A DNA stretch of 63,017 nucleotides, the filler included, from Aduncisulcus paluster (Eukaryota), in assembly GCA_024181965.1 (NCBI GenBank). It is 5 parts of 5 records of this genome, joined end to end, with 100 filler letters (N's around TTAATTAATTAA, not from the genome) between each part and the next. Parts side by side here need not be neighbours in the genome. Positions count along the whole stretch, not along the records: positions 39,802 to 52,917 come from BQXS01010809.1; positions 53,018 to 63,017 come from BQXS01010812.1; 3 more parts are not named here. One strand, written 5' to 3'. Positions within the stretch are counted from its first letter, which is position 1. Each line of letters opens with the position of its first letter. A model generated the notes under the pieces. That model saw only the letters and a list, made by a program, of their open reading frames with translations, was not told where the DNA came from and did no database searches. This document shows, piece by piece, positions 44,232 through 55,891 of this stretch. The position numbers were made by a program, and so were the translations under genes.

Positions 44232-47200
44232 TCATTCAGCTAATTTGTGCAATTTAGCAATTTTGAATTCGATATCGGATTTGAGCTGTTCAACAAGAGC
44301 CTTGTAACTTTCAGGATCATTTCTCTTAAGTTGCAAGTATCTGTTTTCACGAGCAAGTTGTTCTTCCAAAGGACGCTTGACCTCAGCATTATCAATCATG
44401 AGAGGGTTCTTTCCCTCGGCAACACGACGGGGGTCGAATCTGTAAAGAGGCCATAAACCAGTCTCGACACAGTATTTCTGTTCAATCTGACTCTCACCCA
44501 TTCCTTTTCTGATTCCCCAGTTGATGCAAGGACAGCAAGCAATGATGACGGAAGGACCATCGTAGGATTCGGCTTCCTTGAAGGCCTTGATTGTCTGAGC
44601 GGGGTCAGCACCCATGGCGATCTGAGCAACGTAAACGTGACCGTAAGACATGGCAATGGCTCCGAGATCCTTGGACTTTTGTCTGGTACCAGTAGAAGCG
44701 AACTTGGCAACGGCACCAAGAGGAGTAGCCTTACTCTTCTGACCTCCAGTGTTGGCGTACTGATTGTTATCAAAGACAAGGAAGTTAACGTTCTTTCCAG
44801 AAGCAATAACGTGGTCAAGACCACCGAAACCAATATCGTAGGCCCATCCATCACCACCGACAGCCCAGTGGCTCTGTTTGGAGAGCATGTCTTCTTGAGC
44901 GAGGATCTCATGCATCAAGGCACGGAGTTCACCATTCTTGGTCAAACTCTCAATACCAGTGTGCAACAAACCACGGAGAACATCACCGTAGACCTTGGAG
45001 AGCTCGTAATCCATGAAGTTCTCCATCCATTGCTTCAAGGCTGTGGTGACATCAGAGGAAAGGGATCCAGCGGCAGGGTGCTCAAGGATGTTGTAGCAAG
45101 TCTCAGCGAGGAACTTACGACGTTGGTCAGTGGCAGCCCACAAACCGTAACAGAACTCGGCATTGTCCTCAAAGAGAGAGTTACCGAAGGCGGGTCCACA
45201 TCCACGGTCCTGGGAAGGAGTAAAGGCTTGGAATCCAGCAGTACCAGCCCAAACAACTAAAATAACCATTTAATAAACAAAATTTATATTAATAAATAAT
45301 AAACAAATAAACATATTGATGAATGAGAAAATAAACAAAATAAAGATAAAAATTATAAACAAAAAAACATACCAGAACAACCACTAGCGGTGGCAATGAC
45401 GGCACGGTCTCCAAAGAGACGAGTCAACAAAGTAGCGTAAGGACTCTCAGCACAACCAGGGCAAGCTCCAGAGAACTCAAGAAGAGGCTCTTGGAATTGT
45501 TGACCCTTCAAACTGAACTTATCAACCAACTCTCTGCGGATAGGAAGAGCATTAGCGAACTTGTAGTTAGCCTTCTGGACCTCTCTCACCTCATCGAAGG
45601 GGGTAAAGGAAAGGGCATCGGCGGGACAAGCTTTGATACAGACACCACATCCAGTACAATCCTCAGGGGAGATCTGGATACGGTATTGAAGACCCTTCAA
45701 TTTCTTTCCACGGGCCTTGACAGTCTCGAAACTGGCAGGAGCATCCTTGAGTTCATCCTTGGTGGCAAGGTAAGGTCTGATGACAGCGTGAGGACAGTGG
45801 AATGAGCAAGCACCACATTGAACACACTTCTTAGCGTTCCATTGGGGAACATTCTTGGCAAGACCTCTCTTCTCGTATTTGGTGGTACCCATGGGCCAAG
45901 ACCAGATGGGTTGCTCGGAAACCTTCAAGGAATCACCCTTGAGAGCAGCAACGGGCTCCATCCATTCACGAACGAACTTAGGCTTGGTCATGTCAACCTC
46001 AACGGGCTTATCCTTCAATCCGAGCCACTTCTTACGGTCGTATTTGATTTCAATGAATTCCTTGGTGGCGCGGTCAACAGCGGCCCAGTTCTTCTCAACG
46101 ATATCCATACCCTTGGAGCTGTATGTCTTCTTGATGGCAGCCTTCTGGAGAGAGATGGCTTGTTCCGCAGGCAAAACCTTGGAGAGAACGAAGAAAACTG
46201 CCTGGAGAGGCTGGTTGGTACGAGGACCAAGACCAACTTCCTTGGCGATCTTAACGGCATCAAGGGAGTAAAGCTTGGCGTTCTTCTCAGCGAGCTCACG
46301 GAGAACCTTTGGAGGACAGTGCTTCTCAAAGTCCTCAGGAGAAGTCCAGGAAGAGTTGATCATGAAAATACCGTTTTCCTTCAAACTGGAAACCATATCG
46401 AATTTTTCCATGTAGACACTGGCGTGACAAGCAACGTAATCGGCGGCAGTGATATAGTACTCGGATTTGATTGGGTCTTTACCAAAACGAAGGTGGGAAA
46501 CAGTTACACCACCTGATTTCTTGGCGTCATAAGCAAAGGCACCCTGACAATGCAAAGGAGTGTTGGTTCCAATGATCTTAATGGCATCCTTGTTAGCACC
46601 AACAGTACCGTCGGCTCCTACACCCCAGAACATGCATTGTTTGGTGGAAGGAGGAACGGCATCGATCTGTTCGGGAAGGGGAAGAGAACGGAAAGTAACA
46701 TCATCTTCGACACCAACAGAGAAGTGGTTCAAGGGCTTGTCTTTCTTCAAATTGTTGAAGACGGCAGCAACGTGTTGGGGAGTGAACTCTTTACCACCGA
46801 GACCATATACACCACCGTAAATCTTACGAGAAATACCAGCATCGGCGTGAGCCTCAACAACATCGAGATACATGGGTTCCTTGGCTCCAAGTTCCTTCAT
46901 CCTATCCAAAACAGCGACTTTACGGCAAGTCTTGGGGATAGCAGCAAGGAGATGCTTTGTGGAGAAAGGACGGAAAAGATGGACCTTGACCACACCAACC
47001 TTCTCACCCTTCTTACTCAAATATTCGATAGCTTCCTCAGCAGCAGAGGCAGAAGATCCCATCAAAATGACAACGCTCTCGGCCTCGGGGTGACCAACGT
47101 AGTCAAAGAGGTGGTATTGACGACCAGTACGCTTGGCAAATTCATCCATGTAATCTTGAACAAGATCGGGCATACGCTCGAAGTATGGGTTCAAGGCCTC

Positions 47201-47887
47201 CATAGATTGGAATAAAGTTCCAGTTCCAGCGACAACACCAAAGTTAACGGGGTGCTCAGGGTTCATGGCACGCTCGCGGAATCGTTTCACGGCATCAACA
47301 TCCAAAAGATCCTTCATGACCTCCTTGGGGAGCTCGTCAATCTTGGAAATGGAGTGAGAAGTCCTGAAACCATCATACATATGGAAGAAAGGAAGGGATC
47401 CCTTGATAGCAGAGAGATGGCAGATAGCAGCCAAATCTTGGGCTTCCTGGACAGTGTTTGAGGCCATCATACACCAACCGGTGGATCTAACAGCCATGGC
47501 ATCGCTGTAATCACAATAGATACTCTGAGCTTGTTGACCGATGGCACGAGTGGGGTTGTGAAGGGTAATGGGGAGCATTTCACCAGCAATTTTGTACATG
47601 TTGGGGATCATCAACAAGAGACCCTGAGAGGAAGTGAAAGTAGTGGCAAGTGCACCTCCAAGAAGAGCTCCATGAAGACCACCAGAAACACCTGCTTCAC
47701 TCTGCAATTGATGAAGGGCTGGGACTTGACCGAAGACATTTCTTTCTCCTTTACCAACCATAACATCATAATTCTCTCCTGCAGGAGTAGAAGGAGTAAT
47801 TGGGAAAAGGATGGCGGCATCGGAAAGATAATGGGCAACACGACTAACGGCAGTGTTTCCATCACACACTAATGCTTTAGGACACAT
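44232..47887 (-). CDS. PFO: Pyruvate:ferredoxin oxidoreductase; exons 47887-45373 and 45256-44232 (1,179 aa)
   Basis: FPITPS, QSEAG, DGFRTSH, GADGTVGANK, two CxxCxxCxxxCP ferredoxin motifs, FSGACPGC and GGDGWAYDIG. A 116-nt GTATGT...TTAG intron (45257-45372) restores ATASGCSVVWAG...NSLFEDNAEF. Confidence 0.97.
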
Positions 47888-48254
47888 TTTTTATATTGTT
47901 TGAATGCAAGGTAGCAAGAAAATTAACGAACCATCACAATCGACAACTCTTGAACAAAATTGACCATCCTACAATTAACTTGAACACACATATTCTTTGT
48001 TTTACTCACAAAGTTTTATTTTTTTCACATTAAAATTAACAAAATTGCGATGTGGGCCTTTTGGAGGGGTGTAAAAACCTGTCAAGCCTGTCTCGTTTTA
48101 CAACACAGTTTGACTTCAAAATAGATTTTATTGGTTTAATCGAATTTCATCTTATGAAAAAGTGAATAATTACGGAGATAAGATTGCCGACACTGATCGA
48201 CGTAGAAGAAACTGTTTTTTCTCGTCACTCGAATTTCACACACATAAATTTCAA

Positions 48255-49618
48255 ATGGCTAATAGAGTAACATATGCTCGTGCCATATATTTTGCTATTT
48301 TTTTAATAGCTATTATACTCCTTGCTCTGAATACTTGTATTCCACTAGGTATGTTTTTGAATGAATTTTTTACACAATATTTAGATTGTTATTTTATTGA
48401 ATTGTCTTATTTAATATATGTGGGTTTATTTATTGAAGGAAAGTATATGTATAAAGCTCGTAATACACTCGTATGTTAGTTTTATGTCTCTTATCTCGTT
48501 TTATTATATCTATCACAATGTAATTTCATCTCTTTTACATCAATTCTTTTAAATATTTTATATATAAACCTTAGCCTTTCCTAAAAGGCGTTACAACTGA
48601 AGATGAGGCTACAAATGCTCTAACGAGAGTCATATTCTTTGCTTTCTTTATTTTCCACTGTATGATGGCCCTTTTGACTGTTGGTTCCACCGGATTTTTC
48701 AAGTATTTCCACAGACACCTTTGGATTGTCAAGATTCCCATTTTGATTGGTCTCAATGTTCTGGGTATCTTCCTCAATCGTGATTGGCTCATTAAATTCT
48801 CTTATGTTGCAGTTGTTCTTATTGCTGTCTTCATTATATTCCAGTTTATTGCTATGGCCCAGCTCGGATACATTGCAAACAACTCTATTTATGGCGATGG
48901 ATCGAGCAAAGGTGCCCTTGTCTTCCTTCTCATTGTCTCTATTCTCCTGTTTGGTCTTGGTCTGATGTTTTGTATCCTTGAAATGGTTCTTGGAGATGGT
49001 AACATCCATTCAATTTGGCCTCCCGTTGTCACCATTATTCTTGGCATTGTTTATACCGTCATCTCTCTTCTCTGGCTCGAGGGATGCATGCTTCCCTGTG
49101 CTATCCTTTTCTGCATATTCTCTACGTGGTCAATCGTTGTGTTTTGCATTTTGACAGGGACCGTGCTTCCTACCTGGGCTAGTACAACCGTATTTATCAC
49201 TCAGTATGCTGCCTTCTTCATTACATTGATCGTGGTATGTTCCGCTGACATCTCTTTGACTCCATTGTTCGCCGGTGCTCGTTTGGATCAGTTGGATTCC
49301 ATGGAGATGCTGAGTGAAGAGGAGGAATGGGAGACTCCGGGAGATGATGACAAATCTCCAACATCCAGTAGACCCGAACCTGAGGCTTCGTATAATATGT
49401 GGTATTTCCATCTTATCCTGGCCTGTGCCTCTAGCTTCTTCGTGTTCTCCTCAGGATTGAGTGGAGTGTCAGGAACTCAGGGAAAGATAAGCTCTGGAAC
49501 AATCGCTGGGGCTTCATTCTTGGGCGCCATTATCTTTACTTGGACTCTTGTGGCCACAAAATGCTTCCCTGATAGAGATTTCGGTGTTCCTAACAGGCCT
49601 GGAGGGTATTTCCAGTAA
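48255..49618 (+). CDS. SERINC: SERINC/TMS membrane protein; exons 48255-48348, 48439-48470, 48575-49618
   Basis: About 10 hydrophobic segments, SYNMWYFHLILACAS and IFTWTLVATKCFPDRDF. Two GTATGT...AG introns give a continuous frame. Confidence 0.85.
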
Positions 49619-49917
49619 TCAAAAATACTCAACATCTTCTAAGGTAATTATTCTCATAATCTATCTCTGAGAAAAAATATCTCCAAACACAGTTATTAAA
49701 CTGTAATTATGATATAGTAAACTTTTCTACTGTCAATTGAATTGAGTTGTTCAAATTTGGTGAAAAAGTTTTCGTCTAAAATAGTTTGATTTTTGAATAA
49801 TATTTATTTTAATTCAATTAACTGTTAAGAATCAAAGTATTATCTGGTTGGACATCTTGTATGCATTGAATGAGCGATTGATCGAAGCAGAGTTCTCGAT
49901 TTTGCTAAAATTTGAAA

Positions 49918-50646
49918 ATGCCACAGGAAGACACATATCAATTTAAGGCGAGACCTATGCCGAATTTCGATAGAAACACATTACCGCCCAAGAAAATGTT
50001 CTTTACAACTTCTTTTAAAGATTTCAAATTTTCTCTCCCAGACCGCATGGAAGATCGTAAATTATTTGAAAAGCGCACAAAAATATTACAAAAACGCAAA
50101 AATAAGGAGAAAAAAAGATTGGAAGAAGAAAAAATTATGCGCGAATTGGAAGAATTGAAAAAATACCGTGAAAAGTATGGATTTCATCCAAATAAGCTTA
50201 ATAGAAAGATGCTTGAGATGCCTCTTTTTGTTCCGACCCTCGGACAAACCCCAATGACCATCCCTAAATCACCTAAGTTATCTGGGTGTGGTTGGTCAAA
50301 GACTTTAAAGTTAGATCAAAGTATGAAACCAAAATCGGGCAAAATTATTGAAGAATCGGAGAAAGTTGTCATCATTGGCTCGAGAAAACGAAAGGAAAGA
50401 CCATCAAGTGGAGTTAGATTGATTTCGCCCAAACATCGTTTATTTTCGCAATCTCCCAAACAAGTGGAGAATATTTTCCTGTCATCAAATTATCTTTCAC
50501 CAGAAGTTTTAAAAAGAGTGAAACAACTCAAATTGGAAAGAAGGCGCATTAAAAAGCGTGGGGCAAAGGGTTCTGAAAAACTCTCTGGTGAATCTGAAAC
50601 ATATGGAAGAAGAAGAAGAAGAAAAGAAAGGCGAGGACGCTTATGA
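49918..50646 (+). CDS. TPX2 C-terminal domain-containing microtubule-associated protein
   Basis: FKARPMP, FKFSLPDRMEDRKLFE, ELKKYREKYGFHP and MTIPKSPKL follow the TPX2 domain pattern. Confidence 0.75.
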   Translation: MPQEDTYQFKARPMPNFDRNTLPPKKMFFTTSFKDFKFSLPDRMEDRKLFEKRTKILQKRKNKEKKRLEEEKIMRELEELKKYREKYGFHPNKLNRKMLEMPLFVPTLGQTPMTIPKSPKLSGCGWSKTLKLDQSMKPKSGKIIEESEKVVIIGSRKRKERPSSGVRLISPKHRLFSQSPKQVENIFLSSNYLSPEVLKRVKQLKLERRRIKKRGAKGSEKLSGESETYGRRRRRKERRGRL

Positions 50647-51205
50647 TGTGAAAGATAATATTTTAGAATTGCATTTTTGGTATTATTCTATCTTTTTGAC
50701 TCGAGGATGATATCTCATAGGGGAATTGTGCAGACTCTTTCACACCATCTCGAAGAGGTAGAAGAGCAAAACTAACAGCGAGAGACTCTTTATTATGGAG
50801 TTTGAGATGGTTGGGAAGTGGGATTTGCCTGAAAGAACTCGTTAAGTTAAGAGAAAGGGACACATTTGTCTCGTATGTCAAATATCAATAGCAATACTAA
50901 TTTATATAATCTGAATAAATTTTTCTCGTGAAATTAATTGCTGTTTGCCGATCTTGGGTAATTTCGCTTTGAGCAGACCCGATTTCGCCGAAAAAGAGTC
51001 TTTTTTCCGACCAATTTCGAAATTGGTGACCAATAAAGTTTATTGATGGACTAATTTCTTTATTAGTAATAATTTCGAAATTTCCCCCCTATAAACCTAT
51101 TTACTGAATCCAACTGTTGGATTCCAACAGGAATTTATATTAATATAATTTCACAGATATTGATCAACCATTGTGTTACCCAATACTATTCTAAACTGCT
51201 ATATG

Positions 51206-52189
51206 TTACTCTGTTTTTTCTCCCGATAGTCTCTCCGAAGTAATACCCATTTTGGCGGCCTTTTTGGGACCAACAACGCTGACACATTCTGCCATCAGAT
51301 GTTTCTCTCTTTCTTTCAAACGCTCGACTTCAACAGCTCTAATATTATAATCTTCTAGTAATTTTTGACTTGCGTGCAACCCGGCTTCTCTTCTAGCTCG
51401 GTCAGTTTCCTGGCGTTTCTTATCTCTTTTTCTTTTCAGAACACTCATTGTATCACGATGAACCTTCAGACTAGCATCAAGTTCAGCTAATTCACGCTTC
51501 AATTCCTCATCTTTTTGCTGAACAAAAGTTAGTTTTTCACGCATATGAGACAAAATTTGAACTGAAACTGTTGTTTTACGACGTAATCGAAGCAATTCTT
51601 CATGTCTATCTTCAATTTTTTCTGTAAGTCCTTTGTTTTCAACCTTAAGTTGTTCAAAATCAATTAATTGAACGCCTCCACCATGACTATCACTCGAGTG
51701 TTTCTCAATTTTTTCCATTTTCTGTTTTAATTCAACTAATTCAAGTCGAAGACCCTCCATTTTTTCATCAAGTTCCTCAACTTTATCCATGTATTCATCG
51801 ACGGATTTGGGTGTCCATTTTTTATCAGAGCACGCAGTTCGAAGAGCAAGTTCACGTCGAACATCGCGAAAGGCTTTTGTGGCTTCTTTGCACTTCTTGC
51901 TAGCCAATTCATACTTTGCTTTCGCATCTAATGATGCAGCATCAACTCGGCCATGAGTCACACGCAAATCGTCTCGAAGGGTTTCTACTTCAGCTAGTCC
52001 TTTTTTATACATGGCAATAGCTTCTTCTTCAGTACCAAAATCTTCTGAATATTGGGATAATTTTGAATAAATGAAGGGGATACGAAGCAGAGCTTTGGCT
52101 TGGTATGATAAAATCTCGTTGGTTGCTTGTAGCTCAGCTTTCTCAGCCTTACTGTCAGCATAAAGTTCAAATATATTGTAATTTTCCAT
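51206..52189 (-). CDS. CCDC96: CCDC96/CFAP184-like (DUF4201) ciliary coiled-coil protein
   Basis: LIDFEQLKVENKGLTEKIEDRHEELLRLRRKTTVSVQILSHMREKL. First ATG is at 52189. Confidence 0.8.
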   Translation of the reverse strand: MENYNIFELYADSKAEKAELQATNEILSYQAKALLRIPFIYSKLSQYSEDFGTEEEAIAMYKKGLAEVETLRDDLRVTHGRVDAASLDAKAKYELASKKCKEATKAFRDVRRELALRTACSDKKWTPKSVDEYMDKVEELDEKMEGLRLELVELKQKMEKIEKHSSDSHGGGVQLIDFEQLKVENKGLTEKIEDRHEELLRLRRKTTVSVQILSHMREKLTFVQQKDEELKRELAELDASLKVHRDTMSVLKRKRDKKRQETDRARREAGLHASQKLLEDYNIRAVEVERLKEREKHLMAECVSVVGPKKAAKMGITSERLSGEKTE

Positions 52190-52544
52190 GATGGGTACGA
52201 TATCTAATTTAATAACCCCGCCAAAATACAAGGTTTCGAAAATAATTGAATTTAATCGATAATAATCTTCTAAAATGATGAATCTTTATGACATATTGGA
52301 TTACAAAATAAATAAATCTATAAAATTTCATCTAAACGAATTAGATAAGTTTTTAGATTCTGCGATCGCGTTCGAGTACTATCCCGAGTATAAATGATGA
52401 AATAGATGGTATAAATCTAAATAATTAAGGATAAACAAAGAAAGATATTTGCTCAAATATGGTGTATTTATTAGTTATCAACAAGATATCTTCTTCTGTT
52501 CAATTTCTGCACAACTACACAATGATAGTTGTAATATTTGATAT

Positions 52545-52917
52545 ATGTATGTTAGTTATGAAATGTAATTAGTGTTCTTGTATTTGCCTGTTCTTTTACC
52601 GATGTATTTTGTCCAGTAATCTTTTTATTATGTGTTGGAGTCCTTAGGAATAAGATTGTTACAAAATACGGGGATTCCCGGGGCAGAATTCTTTCAAAAT
52701 CTATTTTTAGAAATAATACCATTAGAAAAAAACAGGATAACAAGCGTCTTATCAAAGACGGAGTGAGAGAGGACGAATTGAGGAGAAAAAGGAGAGAAGA
52801 AGAAGAAGAATTTTTCAAACAAAGGAGGGAAGAAATAGAGCGAAAAATTATCGAAGAAGAAGAGAGACAAAAAATACGTGAAGAAACAGAAAAGAAAAGA
52901 CGGATGGAAGAAGAAGA
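52545..52917 (+). CDS. Partial E/R-rich coiled-coil protein; predicted exons 52545-52546 and 52648-52917
   Basis: Open frame NKIVTKYGDSRGRIL...RRKRREEEEEFFKQRREE runs to the contig end. Candidate GTATGT...TTAG intron at 52547-52647. Confidence 0.45.
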
Positions 52918-53332
52918 NNNNNNNNNNNNNNNNNNNNNNNNNNNNNNNNNNNNNNNNNNNNTTAATTAATTAANNNNNNNNNNNNNNNNNNNNNNNNNNN
53001 NNNNNNNNNNNNNNNNNGATGGAGAAGAAGAAGATAAAGGGATGTAGGAAGGATCATGGGATATTGTAAATGAAAGAACAGAATTAATAAAATTTATTTA
53101 ATCATGTATTTTCTAGATGTTGATGTCGCACTACGAATCAATATAGAGCTATGTTATAAAGTAATGGTTTACTCTTGTTAACCTGATAAATTCAATTCTG
53201 ATATTCTGAATCATACACATCTGGAAATAGGATAATAAACTCTCAAATATAGCAGATAGAGCTTCAGTGATGATGGTTTGAATGTTTTGAAATCCCAAAC
53301 AAGGTAAATATTGAAAATTATTTTGATAATTT

Positions 53333-53357
53333 CTATTTTTAGAAAATCTATTTTTAG
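53333..53357. promoter_or_regulatory. Tandem CTATTTTTAG pair (15-bp spacing)
   Basis: Copies at 53333-53342 and 53348-53357, about 270 bp beyond the kinase stop codon. Confidence 0.4.
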
Positions 53358-53628
53358 AAATCATCAAATCCATTTCGTGTAATTCCACGATTAATGGCCC
53401 GTCTAAGCGAAAATAAAGTGAAATTTACAATAAATATTCCATTATTGTTTCACAGGATATATTTTGGACCATTCATGCAAGAGAATGAGAGGAAAATATC
53501 ATCAAAACACCGAATCGTTGTTAAAAATTGCATAATTACGAATGATTATTGCATCACTTTTAGAATCCGATGAAGATTCAAGTCGTGTCATTATTTTCCT
53601 CATTTTTAGAACGCAGATCAGAAATAAC

Positions 53629-55856
53629 TCATTCAATATGGTCTTCCAGTTCTGATCGTGGTAATATTGAACTTTGAATTGAAGAAGAAACGCTTAGAGA
53701 TCTCAATTCACTCATTGAATGGCTAACTGTCGTTAGAACACTAGATCTACTTCTCAAGTGATCCTCTTCTTTTTCAGTGCTTTGCTTCATCGAAGCATCA
53801 TCACTACGTTTCATAATTCTGAGAGAATCAATCTTTTGGGATTTATGGTGCCTATCAATTTCACTATCTTTTTGCTTCACAATATTCTTGGGTTTTCCAT
53901 ACTTTTTTATCTTTTCCTTTTTGAAATCTTCAAGAATTGGATATTCGAATCCTTCTCCAATCTCTGGAAGAAAGTGTTTGATTGCTTGAACTTTCTCACA
54001 AGCTTTATGAACATTAATCCGTTTGTTCGGATCAAATAAAGTGAGGCCGATAAATACTTCATCCAAACATTTATGCAAATGTTTGAATTTTCCACCCTCA
54101 ATGTCCAAAAGTGATTTAAATAGAGGTGTCCGAGATAATGAACAATAAAGCCCTTCTTCTATTATCTGGGCAACCTTTTTCACAATAATAATTCCTTCCT
54201 TAACTCCGTGCAGAAGTGGATGGTTGATTATAGGATGCTTACACAAGAACAAAGAAAGAATTGACATTCCAAGAGAATAAGCATCACCAGCTCTGGTTTG
54301 TTGAGAATATTTGAGGGCTTCATATGGAGAATAAGCGACTGTCCCACAAAATAAATCATGGTTTGTCTTCTTATCACTTTCACTTATTCCACCACTGCTT
54401 GCAAGTTGATAGGAGGAGGAACGTTGAATTGAATCTTGGATCCGAGCAAGACCAAGATCAGCAAGAACGACAGAACATTTCTTGGAATCAGGATCAACAC
54501 GAATGAGGAAGTTGTCTGGTTTAATATCCCGATGAACAAGAGTTTTCTTTGCTTTGAACACTTCATCAAGACATTCAATCATTCCAACACAGAGAGCACA
54601 TACTTTCACAGGATTCAGTGTCATGGGATCAAAATCGGAAGAAAAATGTTCTTGGCAATCGGAAGAATATGAAACACAATCATAATCGGAATAACTAAAA
54701 TCAGATTCAGATTCTTCGCTGGATTCAATATTAGTTCTCAAATATTTCCCATCAGCACACCAACTCTTGGCGAAATCTTTCACACTGCCTCCAGCACAAA
54801 ATTCCATCATAAACCCGAAATCACCAATATAATCTTCATTTAGGAGGTCAAGAATGTACAATGGACGTGGGATACGATTAAAACATTTGGGATTGTTAAA
54901 CAAATGAAGTTGCAAATTGAATTCATGTTTACACCCTCTAACAACCTTCTCATCTGCAACGCAAAGCATTTTCTTCAGAACGCAAGGAAAAGAAACACCA
55001 TCAATATGAGCAAGGATAACTTCTCCGAAACCACCATGACCAATGGTACAGAGTGGGGTAATACTCTCTGCTGATGTTAAGATTTCCACACGAACATGTT
55101 CGTGTTGTCTTGGCTTGTGCCTGTGTTTGTGTATTTTCTCAGTCTTCTCATTCTTTCTGTTCCCTAAATATTCCACTTCGTCTTCACTAGAATCCTCATC
55201 TTTAGGTTTATCTTCCATTTCTTGCTCTTTCTCTCCCATCAGTTGTTTTTTCTCTGAAATCATCCCCATCTCATCGCTAGAATCACCGTCTGTCCATTCA
55301 CTCTGGAATGTTTGTGTTTTTTCTTTCTCTCTTATTAACCCCTTGATTGTAGAAGTAGAATGAGAGTCTTTGTTTTGAATGAATACAAGAGAATGAATCT
55401 TAAAATATCGACTATTCTTCTCTTTCCAGGTTCCTATCCCTTGAATTTCACACAAAATAACATCTTTCAGGCCAATTGGAAGATAGTGCCATTCCTTTCC
55501 GAGCAACGGCTCTGTGAAATCGAATACTTTTTGAGCTTTCTTTCCATTCCGAAAAGAGAAACAAAATGTAAGAGAAGGTGAACTTTCAAATTTATCCACA
55601 CAGATATAAGCACCCTTTATCCTGTTTGGTGAAGAAAAAGGGAGCGATAGATGGGAAAGAGTAACAGAAGATTCTCCTTTTAGCATCTTCAGGACCTGTG
55701 AACTTTGATCATAATTTCTTGATTTTGTACTCTTTGAAATGTTTTTGCCTCTTACAATAGAATATATGGGGTTTATAATTGATGGATCATCTCGAGAAAT
55801 TCGAAGAGAATCCCTATCTCCTTCATACATATACTCAGGAATGATAATTTGCTTGG

Positions 55857-55891
<35 letters not shown>

